NCBI GenBank assembly: GCA_963765895.1
Contig: CAVXZB010000041.1
Location: forward strand, 69,152 to 133,151
DNA: 64,000 bases
Source: an uncultured Nitrososphaeraceae archaeon
GTDB lineage: Archaea > Thermoproteota > Nitrososphaeria > Nitrososphaerales > Nitrososphaeraceae
Direction: 5' to 3'
Of this stretch, positions 32,807 to 45,675 are shown piece after piece. The position numbers and the translations under genes are program-made. Below the pieces are notes generated by a model. That model was not told where the DNA came from. It saw only the letters and a list, made by a program, of their open reading frames with translations, and made no database searches. Within the stretch, counting starts at the first letter, position 1. Every line of letters begins with the position of its first letter.

Positions 32807-32824
32807 ATTTTCGGCGCCGAAAGA
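32807..32824. promoter_or_regulatory. Palindromic motif copy 6 (ATTTTCGGCGCCGAAAGA)
   Basis: About 50 bp upstream of the TATA-like box of 32907. Confidence 0.7.
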
Positions 32825-32906
32825 TTTCATATATTCATGATGAACCACTATACTACAGTCTAATTTAAGAAAATCCTTAATTACCTCACTCATAATACAT
32901 GCAGTA

Positions 32907-33809
32907 ATGTCAATTGGCAAGGTTTGGACTATGACAATTACTTTTACTATTTTATCAACACTTTTTCTGTCTCTGCATCCAACTTATTTTACTAGTGTCG
33001 AAGCTCAGCAAGCTCAGTTTACCGTTTATGATTATAAAAATGATCGTTCATGGTCAGTTAGCCAACCAATTGACCTTGAAGCCTATAATAACATGAAAGC
33101 CGATCCCGTTTCCAACACGCCAGCTTGTATTCATTGTATAGTAGATGGCGCGCTTGTGTCTGGAGCTGATCCTGATCCCAAAGTAAATGAAGCTCGTATG
33201 CAAATAGGATTAGAAAAAGCACTAGGAACTTGGCCAATGCTAAAGCCACTGGCAGACCAGTTACGAGAAATATCTGGTTCCGATGATGAACTGTTCGCCA
33301 ACTTGGCTCTACAAGTAGTACATCAAATAAACTATAAATCGACGAATAACATCCAGTACCCGATGGTTACGATTCGTGATGGCGAAGGCGATTGTGATAA
33401 CGTAGCAACTCTTGCTCCTGCTCTTATGAAGGCAGGAGGACTTGACTCAGTAGTGACAGTAGGTGTCGTTTCTGCAGGGAATTGCCTTGACACAGCGCGT
33501 CATGCAATGGCTGGTGTTCACCTTTCTGAACCACCAGATGACCGATCTGGCTTTCAGAACTTGAACTCTGATCCTAGATATCCAGAGTATTTAGATTATC
33601 ATCTCGAGAGATATTATCTGGCAGAAGCGACATATAGTCATGATATGCCTCCCCCTACTAGAGATGATTATGCTGGATATGCTGCTTCGGGTAGAGGTTT
33701 TGTAGGGGAAAACCCGTTACATATGGAGCAACATACGGATGTAGTTAAAGCCCCCGATATACAGCGCCAGGAAGTACCTAATAATATGAGGGTGGCTTAT
33801 ATTTCATAA
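32907..33809 (+). CDS. Secreted transglutaminase-like cysteine protease domain protein
   Basis: Signal peptide ending VEA; GEGDCDN (Cys), RHAMAGV (His), YYLAEAT (acid). Confidence 0.75.
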   Translation: MSIGKVWTMTITFTILSTLFLSLHPTYFTSVEAQQAQFTVYDYKNDRSWSVSQPIDLEAYNNMKADPVSNTPACIHCIVDGALVSGADPDPKVNEARMQIGLEKALGTWPMLKPLADQLREISGSDDELFANLALQVVHQINYKSTNNIQYPMVTIRDGEGDCDNVATLAPALMKAGGLDSVVTVGVVSAGNCLDTARHAMAGVHLSEPPDDRSGFQNLNSDPRYPEYLDYHLERYYLAEATYSHDMPPPTRDDYAGYAASGRGFVGENPLHMEQHTDVVKAPDIQRQEVPNNMRVAYIS

Positions 33810-34786
33810 TACAGAAAAAGTTGAAAGGGTTTTTACATCACAATATATAGTAACCGGAATATATTTTCGGTCCTCTGTTTGAATATAAATTCTACTTAAG
33901 AATATATGAACACATTGTTTGCACATCATCACTTCTATGATGAGATAATATGTCTTTCAAACTCTAGAATCCATCATTACCAGCGATATTATTCTAGTAT
34001 CTCGATGTACTATTCTTATTCTTACCAAATTAGTCTCTACCTTTATAACTGGTTCAAATCCATCATGCTCCTACATTCTTACTATTCGTAACAGACTCAG
34101 CTGACATGTCAGTACTGACAACTTCTATTATCTGAACTTCTATTATCTGGACTTCTGAACTTCCTTGCCACTTTGGCTTTATCACATGAATTAGTTGTGA
34201 TTAATTTATACTATGTTTGCTGGTTATATTCGTACAAATTTCTCTATTATTAAGATTTATTTTAAATGCCCTATTTGCGCCTTTTGAAAGATGAGTTGCC
34301 GGATGTCAAATTAGTAATTATGTGGAAAGCTGAGTAAGAACCTTTAGCTTTGATTTCAAAAAGAGTTTCCGTCATATTTAGTCTATATGATTTTGGATCC
34401 TAGCATATCCAAATACAGGATGCGATGGAGTGGCCTGGAAAGCCGAAATAGAGGGGTAATTCTCAAATGTAGAACAAGTAATAAAATTGTATTGTATTTT
34501 GATTAGTTCATTTTAATAGGATCAAAAAGATTGGTTGTGTATCAACTGTTGCGTTACCGGTTGACAAGGTATTTTCTATTATTCTAGGTAAGTCTGAGAG
34601 TCATTGCATTTCTTGGTTTGCCGTTTCCTAACCTTGTACAATCAGGATTTTATAGTGACCCACAAAGACCAACATATCCACAATCTCTCCATATATTAAT
34701 AAACAAAGGTATGATTTTCTATTGAAGCTATCTCTACCTAACTTTCAATTGCTGTCCTCCTCATCTCGGAGGCACATTGAAAAGGA

Positions 34787-35575
34787 TTATTTAAATGCAG
34801 TAATCGGCAATTTAAAGATGAGTTTTATCAGATTATTTTTATGGTCTTCTATATCATGAAATAGGATAGAAGTACTTCTGCTAATTTCATTTTGATCATT
34901 TTGGTTAGTTTGGTTCCAATAAAAAAGTGCATTCCAGTTCACAGCCTTATTGTCTCTTACAAGAAAGTATTTTTGATCCTTTGTCCATGCTGTAAGATTC
35001 TGTGGATTCAATATAAAAAGAAAAATCCGATTGCAGTGGTATTTGGTCAGAATGTTTCGGTTTATATTAATAGGATTGTTTTGTGGATAAGATGTATACA
35101 GTTTCAATACATGTGCTAATCTATTGCATACATCGTAATAATAGTGTCCAGCAGGTTGGCTATAGTCTTGTTGTGGAAAAGGAATATTCAACATATGGTA
35201 CGAAAATTCTTCCACAGCGGATGACAAGTTATTCCAATTGTGTGTAAGTCCGTCATCGGAAAAATATGCTTCAATTTTGGAGCCAATCATTTCCTTATCT
35301 ATTAGCCAGTTTCTGAATGAATCTGATCCACCAGTTTCTCCTCTTGCTGTCGCCATAGAATCAGATATAGCTTTATTAATTTCATCGGCTAAATCAGTTT
35401 TAAGCTCAAGCTGTTTTTGATTATCTTGCCATTGATGAGTAAAATATGGAACAAGTAGCCCAGAAATTATTGCGCCAACAACTAGTATTAGAAAAGGATG
35501 CGATATTACTTTCTTAAAGCGATCCTTATTAAGATATCTATCTTTAAATAACATGAGTTTGAATTTAATATCCAT
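34787..35575 (-). CDS. Hypothetical protein with an N-terminal TM anchor
   Basis: HPFLILVVGAIISGLLVPYFT; 262-aa ORF. Confidence 0.7.
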   Translation of the reverse strand: MDIKFKLMLFKDRYLNKDRFKKVISHPFLILVVGAIISGLLVPYFTHQWQDNQKQLELKTDLADEINKAISDSMATARGETGGSDSFRNWLIDKEMIGSKIEAYFSDDGLTHNWNNLSSAVEEFSYHMLNIPFPQQDYSQPAGHYYYDVCNRLAHVLKLYTSYPQNNPININRNILTKYHCNRIFLFILNPQNLTAWTKDQKYFLVRDNKAVNWNALFYWNQTNQNDQNEISRSTSILFHDIEDHKNNLIKLIFKLPITAFK

Positions 35576-36052
35576 ACCTATTCCGATATGACTAATAGGA
35601 CAGGGATAGATTAATCTTATCCTTCATCTATGGAAAAATTAACACCAATAACATATTTAACATCAAATAGTACATAACCTATTAGTAGGTTTAGATTTTC
35701 GGTTAGAAGTCTGCATGTCAATCTTAGCATATAGAATGATGTATCAACTAAGGTGAATGAGAACACAAATAGCATGAATATTGACACTAGGCGCCCTGAA
35801 GATCTCAATAGAAGATAGATGTGTGTTAGAGCCAAATGAGTAGGAATTAATTTCTAAATGTTCGTCAATTAAAAACATGTGCGGACCTTTGATGTAAAAA
35901 GAATTAGAGCGACTTAATCAATAAAAGATCGTAATAAGAAGGATGACCATATAATACACTTATCCGATCTCCTGAAACAGTTATGGATATTAATCTTTTT
36001 TTCATCATTTCTCTATCATCATTTGGATTATAGGCTACCGTTCGACTGTCCT

Positions 36053-37097
36053 TCATCTGATTTCCTTTAGTGCATTTACCAAATAAATAAAATTTATGCC
36101 AGGCTTTATCTGATAGTTTACTACTTCAGCTAAATTAAAGGCCGGGATCGATTGGTCATGTATATAGGACCACCTCCACATTGCCCATCCACACGTTCTA
36201 AATTTTTTTAATCTTTTTACATAGTCTAGGACTTGACTTTGTGTAAGAGTGGTCCCAGTCTTATATCCTGAACTAAACTCTCCCATGTAAACCAAATCTT
36301 TTTTTCTTGCCATCAAAATAGATATTAATCGAAAGTAAATCATCCTAATAAAAGTGGGAGGATATGAGTGCCCATCATAGATGATTCTATCGTCATGACT
36401 GTCTGGGGAGGTCATAGCCTGTAATATAGGATTATCAAATGACACATGTGGTAGAACCCAACAGAATAAAAGTGGCTTGTGGGTTATATTCCTCAATGCA
36501 TTAATCATGAAGTTATTAAACGATCTAATCTTTTTGTAATGCGAGAAATCAAACACTTCTGGTTCATTTAATATCTCAAAGCCAAATGTAGATTTGCGAT
36601 TATTTAAAAATTCGATAACATCTCCAAGATAGTTAAGCTGTGCATCCCAACCATCCTTGTCGTCTACTGTTTTAACATCGCGGCTCCACCACCTGTTCCA
36701 AAAGTCCCTTTTTTTCTCGTAGTATTTCTTATCTAGTTTATCATTTTCTTTGCATGTTTGCCTTTCATAATATCTTGACATGATCGAGTTTGGCATGCCT
36801 ATTCCGCATCCAATCCATGATGAACATTCCCATTGATGGTTATCATAAATACACATTATTCCATATTTGTCAGCTGCATCTGCTATATCTTTCAAATCAA
36901 CTAGGAATTGATTTCTATCTAATTCCCAAGATTCCCAATAGAAAGTAACTCTAACACAAGTAATCCCGCTATTTGCAAATATTCTGAAGGAATCATCAAT
37001 ATAGTTCTTTGGAGGATTTACATTAGGCCCATTTTGATATAAAGCAGATCCATATCCATGAAAATTTATGCCTATGAGTGAATATATTTTAGCTCAA
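36053..37097 (-). CDS. Glycoside hydrolase family 5-like (clan GH-A); start region abnormal
   Basis: The frame stays open upstream of 36895 (IGINFHGY..CVRVTFYWESWE); FEILNEP acid/base, DGHSY, YMGEF nucleophile. Confidence 0.75.
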
Positions 37098-37141
37098 ATC
37101 CTTTTTTCCCGCTGACAGGCGAATTATCGATCTCAATTAAG

Positions 37142-38198
37142 TTAAAAATGGGATACTAGAATTGGTATAATAATGGCAGCGGCAATGCCAATAATAGCCG
37201 TAGCCATTACCAATTTGATAATGAAATCACTTTTAAAGTTAATTTTGAATGTGGGTGTCGTATTCAGTTCGGATGGCGTAATTTTATATTTGCTCCAGTT
37301 GATTTTCTGATATAATTCTTTTGCAGAATCAAGAAATCTCCTATTGAGATCTATTACTTTATAGTCATTATTTAGGTTAGGTTCTGATTTTACTTTCTCA
37401 ATAGCACGATCATGTCTTAGCATATCAGAAAAGAAACGTTCTATAAATTTACTATCTTCACACTCAATTTCTTGTGCTATTTTGTTACCCATCAAAACCC
37501 AGATATAGCTGCCTATACTTTCCCCCCTGAATATTACCGGACTTGGGCTTATACGACCAAAATAACTCTTGGCTGCACAAGTTGGTTGATAATATGTCAA
37601 TTATTTCTTGCATATCAAATGCCAATTTAATTAGAAAGTTACATGTTAATACTGGAAGGCGTTTGTTCAATTCACGGTAAAGTAATGGAATAGTGAAAAT
37701 AGATACTCCAGCGATAGTAAGCACGACATACAATAGCAACAAATTATTTTTGATCCAATTCTGGTTTCCAGACGGTCTAGACGCGCTACCCTGATCGTAG
37801 GTAACATAAATGTTTAATGGTTTAAATAACGTAGTGATCGAAAGAGTTGAACCATCACCAGGAGGAAGCCTTGGAAGACTTATTTGGAATAATCCTGCGG
37901 TCAGATTTGTCTTACTGGATGTTGATACATTATTTGTGCTAGAAATATTAACTGGGTTGGATATTGATGAAGTTGACTTTATTGTTATCAATAGATTAGT
38001 AGCCGTTGTTATTCCGCTATTGGTTATATTAGTCGTATAGTGGCTTTGCATACTGGTAGGTTCAGTAACTTCAAGATGTGGAATTCTAATTACGTCATTA
38101 TAAATAGAAGTAATAATGAAAATGAAAAAACTGCTCCCTACTATATAGCTCAATATTTGTTGTATAGTAGCCATAATAATTGAAATATAAATCACCAA
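37142..38198 (-). pseudogene. Membrane protein split into two overlapping ORFs
   Basis: 37485-38198 (TM, Ig-like, TM) + 37142-37600 (C-terminal TM). Confidence 0.5.
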
Positions 38199-38828
38199 GT
38201 TTAAAACTTTGGTAAGTTTCTATAGTAAAAAGTCTTGTAAGTTGCTTATGCTCGCCTTCTACTTTTATTTTAGTGCTTATTTGAAATTTTTAATTTAACA
38301 TAAATTCGATATAATTCATTGCACAGTCATATTTTTGGAAATGACGTACGTATCTGTTAGCTGGCATAACAATTAAAATTTGAATTTGCTCGATCCTATC
38401 CAAAATTTACACTATCCCATTAAAAATATTTAGGCCACAATTAACCTGCAAAATATTTGGGCAGGAGGTTATTGACGCTACTTTAGATGCTAAACTAATA
38501 CCAAATAGATTCTCTGCAGCAATTCTAGGTTTATTTCCCAACCTTAGCATTAATGAATCTTAGATTCCAGACCATGATCGCAATTATGAGACTTTAAAGA
38601 GTTCAGAAAATCAGTAGAAGAGAATAAATCAAAGTTTATCTAAAATTCTGTGTGTCCATATCCAATTGTTCAACTGTTAAATAGTATTATCATCCATCCT
38701 CCTCTACTTTTCATCTCATTTTTTATTGTTATACATACTTTATTTGGATCATATTGTCAAAAAATCATTATGTGACAACAAGTCATTATACTGTTTCATC
38801 AGCGAAATTCGAGCCGTTCAATAATTCT

Positions 38829-40586
38829 TTAGTTCTCACGATTGAGAACTGAGAACCCTCTTTTTGCCAGTTTCCTTTTTAATTCTTCTTTATCTGTCAA
38901 TGCCGAGGGTATATTTTTTGCCTTATTTTTAGTTAAGAATTCTGTCAAGAGAGGGTCATTTAGGATTGCGTCTTTAAAATCGGCATTTTCACAGAACAGA
39001 CCTTCACGATATCCTTCGCACCATATTAACATTGAATAACTTAGACCGGTATCAGAGAGGTCGGCATCTGAGAGATCAGCTTCTGATAGTTTAGCACGTG
39101 AGAGATCAGCGTGTGAGCGGTCGGGAGAAAAAGGGATGATCTGTTTGTCGCGCAACTTATTAAATTGTTTAATTTCACCTTCACGTAATAATTTAATGAC
39201 CTCATCTCTGCCATATCTTTTTTCTTCAATTTGCGGAGGAAGTTTTGTAGTATCTAATGCTCTTCGATGTTCCTCCATTTTATTTATACCTTCCAATATA
39301 TTCTGCGCCCCAGCGTCAAGGAAGTCTCTAAGCGAATTACCTTGCCTAACTAACTCCCTGTAAATATCTATGACATCCCTCAGCAATGGATGATTATTCT
39401 CAGATATTTGTTCGACAAATTTGTCAAGTTCTACTTCAGTAGTTATAATTTTGCCCTCCTCTTGCATCTTCTTATATTCATTGAAAAAGGTCCTCCTCCT
39501 TTCATCGTTAGGTGCAATTAAATCTAAGAACTTCCACCATTCTTGACGAAAGTTCAGGGCTTGGACAGCTATTAATTCATCTACCGGTTTACCGAAGACT
39601 GACTCTGCTAAAATAATATTGTTAATGAATCTCTTTACCTGTCTAGGATTCAACTCAATGGCTTTTACAATCAGACTTGTTTTATTTTTAAATTCATCGG
39701 CAAGCTTAGAACCCTCTAGACCCTTTGATATAATTTTGGTTATGGTATTGGATATGTCTGTTTCTTTCCAAGTAGGAATATGAAATGGTAACTGAACAAT
39801 CTTCTGCAAATAATCTAGCCCTTTAACAGCATATTCCTCACCATATTTTTTTTAACCAATGAATTTATAGTCTCCGAGTCCATTGCCTATAACATACACA
39901 AGCCCTTCGATGTCAAAGAAACTCTTTATTGATTCTAGGACCTCTAAAGCTCTATCTGGACTGCATCTATCTAAATCATCTATAAAGACCACAATTCTAT
40001 ATTTCGGATCCTCTTCTCTAAGATCTCTAATGCTTTCTCAAGAAATTGTGTTACATAATAGTAGATAATACCACTATCATCACCTACAGAACCATCTCCT
40101 TTTAAAGAATCAGCAACTCGTCCAAAATCAGTCTCTGCAGATACAACATCTTTTATACCATATGTGATCTTGGTAGACGTAAGAAATCCGGCAGCGCTTC
40201 GTGTTATGCTATTCTTGAGCCCTTGCCATTTTTTTCCTTTTGGCTTTTCAGATGCATCTAGTGTTAGTTTAATAGTTCTTAGAAAGGGAATCACTGCTAA
40301 ATTTTGTTCCCTTTCGTATCTCCAAGCATCGAACCAGACAGTTACAATCTCAGGGATAGGATCAAGAATTTTCTTTGTCATGAGCATCAAGGATGTTTTT
40401 CCTGTTCCCCATCCTCCAAATATTCCGATGGCAAATCGTGGTGTAGAATTTGTTATTATATTTGCAAGGTTGTGACTGTAATTATTAAAGTCAAGGACGT
40501 ACATCTTGGGTTGGTTAATCAGTAATTATCTTGGTTACGCTCGGTTTAGAGCTTCTATCAATATCGGACAACATAACGACTACCAT
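38829..40586 (-). pseudogene. KAP-family P-loop NTPase with C-terminal pentapeptide repeats, frameshifted
   Basis: GGWGTGKT, WFDAWRYE, VVFIDDLDRC (unannotated frame near 39970), YLQKIVQLPF, NPRQVKRF, ADLS repeats. Confidence 0.88.
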
Positions 40587-41551
40587 CTGCTAAATGTAAA
40601 AGTGGTTTTATAAATTAGAGACCCTTAATTTTGCTTCTACTTACAATAGTATCAGACAGAGAGACTAGAATCATCTTCAACAGTTCTATTTTGATAAAGA
40701 AAGGTCTACAATTTATCTCTGAATCTGTTCTGACATAGCTCGGTCTGTGTAGTTTGATAATATATCAAGCATCTTGATCGTTGAGAGTCTGTTATGTTGT
40801 GTCAGAGTTGTATCTACTTTATATGAACTATATTTTCTTATTTACCACCACCTAGTCTTTCAATTCTTAGCTAAGGATAATGCTTTTGTCGAATCTAACA
40901 AAGTTAATTTTAAAAACTTTTGATCTTATAGTATCATCTATTTGCATTCCATAATACAAATCCATTATCTTTAATTAATGACTAAATATTTTCATTTTCT
41001 TTACTTTCTAATAATCTATTTTAAATCTATTCTGTCATTGGCTACAAAGTATTGGCCTCTAATCTGAAATTATTACTATTATTCTTACCATGTCATTCTT
41101 TTTTCTTGATACAAAAAATCATTTTAATTACTAGAGGATATATGTAGAATAACTAACCAAAGATTCCAAACTACTTGTTAAAACCGTCTTCCACCGCATA
41201 ACTAGTGATTCAATTGAAAAAAGATGTACCTTTAGAATTAACTGCAGCTGTGTGTATTTGAAGTAAGACTCTAACATCTTGATGAATAACATCTTCTCGC
41301 AAGCTATCTACAAAACTTTCCCATGATTCTATTTCTTAAGTAAGGATATCATTTGTATTTAGAAATAGACTCGTACTGCTCAAACTATAAGTAGTCATTG
41401 ATTATGCCAGTACAGATGCTACTTTCTGCGTTTATCTTATTTTTCATGTATTCATATTGACTTATACTTCATTTTAAATAGGTTTAGATAAGCAGATGAA
41501 TCTATGTGCTGCTAATATCCATATAACCTTCTGAAGGAACTATCAATATTT

Positions 41552-42651
41552 TTATTCAGTCTTCAATGTCTTTTTAATTATATCATACAAGTCTTTGTTT
41601 TCTTCCTTTAGCTTATCCAGGCTTATTGGATAATATCCTTTACTTGCACCTTTAAGGCCATCCTTTATCTTTAACTTGGGACTAAAGGTCAGTGTTTCTA
41701 TTTTATTGCATTTATCCAGCCAGTCTTTTATTACAGAATAAGATTCTTCTATTGGCAATTTTCTTACATTCAGTAGATATGGTGAGAGTATTCTCCAGAT
41801 GATGTATTTCCTATGATCAGGTAATAGGTTTTGGAGTATTCCACTTTCTATCCATTTTATCTTATTAATTCGATTTTTAGAAGTTTGATCATGTGATATA
41901 ACAATCTTAAATCTACTCTGTTTTTTCTCTTGCTTTCTTAACTCTTCAATGTCGTCAATTCTCTTTTGGATAAGCCATCTCCTAAAGTCTCGTAGTAAAG
42001 GTTGTATAGATGGTCTTTTCTCGTCCCATTTCTGTATTATTTTAACCCCTCCGTCCTGTCCTTTGTCTATACACTTTGAGTTCAAACTTCCAGGAACTCT
42101 TAGCAAGCATGACTTTACAGTGGGATGATGCAGACAATAGCTGCATAATCTGTAAAATATTCCTCAGCAAATTGAATGAATAGACTAGTCAAGTCTTTAT
42201 CTAAATACTTTGTAAATTCATAGAAGGTTTCATATTCTTCCAAGATAAATCCATTGACTGGTTGGTATATGTGATATCCATTACCAGTCCACAGAACTGT
42301 TGGATTTCCACCAATGCTTTCTTTACTAATTTTTAGAGTTTTATTTAATGCTCTTTTCAATAGTTTTTCTTTTGTAGAAAAGTCCTTCAAATCTAAATCT
42401 ACTACCAGAAAACTTATTGGTGTTCTGTTAATTCCCTGATATTCCGTATAAGAAGGATAAGCATTTACTCTGCAGTCTTCATATCTTGAACTTTTAAAAT
42501 AACCTAATGCTTCCTGTTTATTGAATATCTCGACTTGATGACCCAAATCCAATGTCATGATTTTTCTTGGGAATGTTGGCTCTTGGAAGTGATTTAGGAT
42601 AAAATCTAAACCTTTTTCTACACTAAATTTATGATTACTCTCAAAGGCCAT
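41552..42651 (-). pseudogene. Archaeo-eukaryotic primase fused to a PriX-like domain (copy 1), single frameshift near 42115
   Basis: VDLD (motif I), TGNGYHIY (motif II), LRVPGSLNSK; C-terminal DHRK..ILSPYLLNVRKL..IKDWLDKC. Confidence 0.75.
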
Positions 42652-42811
42652 GTTATCATATTATCAATTGTGTAATAAGATACAATCCAAATATTTCTTT
42701 GTATATCAAGTCATATCTATCACGACAATACTACGACTTCAAAATGACTGCTTTGTCATTACTTATTACGTTAATTATTCTTTTTCATGATTATTCCTTT
42801 TTAGGATCAAC

Positions 42812-42952
42812 CCCCGCAATCTCCGCGATCCCCGCAAGGTTCTAGGATATGTTATGTTAATAAGTATTATCGCATAAATGTGTAAAATGGGTGATAATAT
42901 ATAAAATAATTACAACTTATTTTGTAATTATTTTGCGGGGATCGACTGCTGG
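42812..42952. repeat. Candidate replication origin 1: three 9-bp iterons, AT hairpin, inverted iteron
   Basis: CCCCGCAAT CTCCGCGAT CCCCGCAAG ... AAAATAATTACAA-N6-TTGTAATTATTTT GCGGGGATCGACTGCTGG. Confidence 0.6.
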
Positions 42953-44009
42953 TATTATCTCTTGAAATTTTATATCAAATAACAATACAAAACTCATTCT
43001 GTGGGCCCATTGTTACTATTGTTGATGGTTAATTCATAATTATTATTACAATTGTAATTGTGTGATACTTTGAATGTAGACAAAATCTCTATGACAATAA
43101 CAATTCCTTCAGGATTTGGGATGCGATTTACAAGCAAAGGTTTCCCTATCACGGCCTCAAGAATCATGGAGTTACCTCAACCCAAAGAATAGATTATTTT
43201 GAGCTTGATATAAAGACACACAAATTAATTAAAAGTACACTCTCAAGATAATGATATTGAGAATACATTACTATTAGATGTAAAATCCAACATAGGTGAA
43301 TTAGAGCAACCGCTACGAGTAACGGTTGCTTAAGAAATGATAAAGATCTTGACTGTAAAAGGAGATCCAACTTAATCTAACTGACCTATATGACTGATAT
43401 GTACTGGTTGTAATGTATACATTTCCAAAGCAAATGATATATTCCATTTCAGTAAATGATAATATAGTGTGTGTGTAAAAATTCTCGATTCATAGAATCC
43501 GTCGATTTACGTTGAGAAATAAACGAACTAGTCATAGCACTGCTGCCAAGATAGGGCTATGGGTAAACGAATAACTGTACTTTATAGCAATCTCATAACT
43601 AACATAACTGAATCGTCACAATTAACTGGAAGATGATATAATGACAATGATTTAGCGCAAAATCAATAAGAAGCAGGAGGAAATCGATCCGTATAAAGAC
43701 TGTGATGAAAGATGAAGTCCATCCAGCCGTATTAGAAACGCTGCAATATACTCTGAGTATGAATATAAATGAGGAATATCGGTAGAAATAGTTGTCGGAA
43801 CTTGCCCTCGTCCATAAGTAAGCGAGCGCGGCTAAAGCAATCTCATTGCAGACTATTTGTTAGGCTTGACTTCTTCTAGTCTTTCTTGTAATACAAGTTG
43901 ATCGTGAATACACTTTATTATCTTAATTAGTTCGAATGGTAATTCAATTGGTAAATGAATAGAAGAAGTTAGATGACGCTTTATTTTAAGAACGTGTTTA
44001 ACCCACCAA

Positions 44010-44495
44010 TCAGAGCTTTTCGCTATCATTCTGATTGATAGGCGTAGGAGGATGTTTCTTGGCATAGTCAAGAATTTGTTCTAACGAAGCAACTATGTTG
44101 TCATAGAATTCTGCATGTTTTGCAGATCCTATGGGGCATCTGGTAAAGCCAGTTTGGTCCTGTGTCTCTTTGTGTACTGGATTATGACAATGTCCGTGTT
44201 CACACTTTAACTTAACATTGGTCAGGAGCCAGCTCATAGATATCAATGATATCATCCACATTTGATACTCAAACATGAAAATGTCGTATCGTGTATAACT
44301 CAGAGAGTCCGGAGGAAGATGTGGTGGATTTTTCTGCAGACATGTTTTCTCTTCAATAGGTTCTAGAAATCTCGTACCTTGGATAATGGCCAGATCACGG
44401 AATTTACCTAGAAACCTTACGTCCACTATGGAGTTAGGAGGCAATGATTGTATTGCATTATAAAGTTCTTCGACCTTTAGATCTTGTTTAAGCAT
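44010..44495 (-). CDS. Hypothetical protein with Cys/His cluster
   Basis: 161-aa ORF; CEHGHCH..RCP..H. Confidence 0.55.
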   Translation of the reverse strand: MLKQDLKVEELYNAIQSLPPNSIVDVRFLGKFRDLAIIQGTRFLEPIEEKTCLQKNPPHLPPDSLSYTRYDIFMFEYQMWMISLISMSWLLTNVKLKCEHGHCHNPVHKETQDQTGFTRCPIGSAKHAEFYDNIVASLEQILDYAKKHPPTPINQNDSEKL

Positions 44496-44695
44496 TATAC
44501 AATTCTTACTGATTGTATGCTAAATATGAATCTCTTTTCCTTTTACTTGATAAATTAACTTCTAAACCCACTACTATGGAATAACTTTGTAGTGGTTTTT
44601 CTTAACTACTAAGATATCGCAGGTCTTAGGGCACAATTTTTAATCGAATAGTGTATCGAGATGTAGAACTTGCTAGTTAAGTCTTGGGTCGGACC

Positions 44696-45675
44696 TTACT
44701 CCGACGGTAATGAGGGTTGTAAACTGCTAACTTCGTATTTGCTAAGAATCTCATCTACCAAATTCTTGGCTAGCGTATCATATACTTTCGCAACACTATT
44801 CACTAGTATGGACTCAGATGCAATTGTCAAATCATTGATGTTATCTGGATAGGCTGATAGATTGTAATTAGATGATGAAAAACTATCGTAGGTTAACGAG
44901 ACAGACTGTTTTGGGTTCATTTTTATCGATTGAAGCACGCAATAAACTGCGAGTTTTAGTAGCATCATTCCATTAGATAAAACAGAATTTACTTTTTCCT
45001 CAACAACTTTTCCAATCCTGGGACAACCTTTATCATTATTTTCTAAATAACTTACAAGTGTTTCTGCCTTCATTCTTTTTCTCTGTAGATCTGTCAACTT
45101 GAGTTCTTCTTCTGTACACAATCGGCAATAGTTATCAAAGGATCTGCCTAATACACCTACCTGATTTTCATATTCATGCATAATTCTAATTAAATTCTCT
45201 TTCTTTGCCTCAAGAGACCGTACTTGTGATTTAAGATTGTAACACCTACCTTCTAGGCGTAACAAATCATCATCTGCTATCTTGAGAATCCTCACTACAT
45301 GTTCCGCACTCAAACCTGCCGCTCTACTGAGGTTATATAATTTCACAAAAGGTCCCAGATCTCCTTTTGTCTCCAAATATATAGAGTTAAGATCGTACAG
45401 CTGCTTCAGAATCCAACTTTCTCTGTACAATTGAGTCACCTCTGGCTCTCGCATACCTAAAGTAATAGTACATCTATTGGGGATTTGCCTTCGGAAAACA
45501 TTTGGTAGGCTTGAGAAGATTTTGATAAATCTTGTACTCCATTTGCTTTATCCAATATTCCTTTAATGTCACGAAGCGAAATTCTAGCTTCTTTAGCTAT
45601 TTCATGGTAACTCTTTCCGTTCTCATATAATTCTACAACGAATTTTTCCTTTTCTCTTCTGTTTAGACCAATCAA
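44696..45675 (-). pseudogene. HTH plus coiled-coil protein, split near 45455
   Basis: ELYENGKSYHEIAKEARISLRDI HTH; continuation 44696-45454 is coiled-coil-like. Confidence 0.65.

Noticed and set aside
34047-34070. GGTTCAAATCC as a tRNA T-loop or att site
   Set aside because: The T-stem pairs for only 3 bp and there is no acceptor stem
34121-34162. Short tandem ACTTCTATTATCTG repeat
   Set aside because: Only about two copies in degraded low-complexity DNA; probably a Ser-rich linker relic
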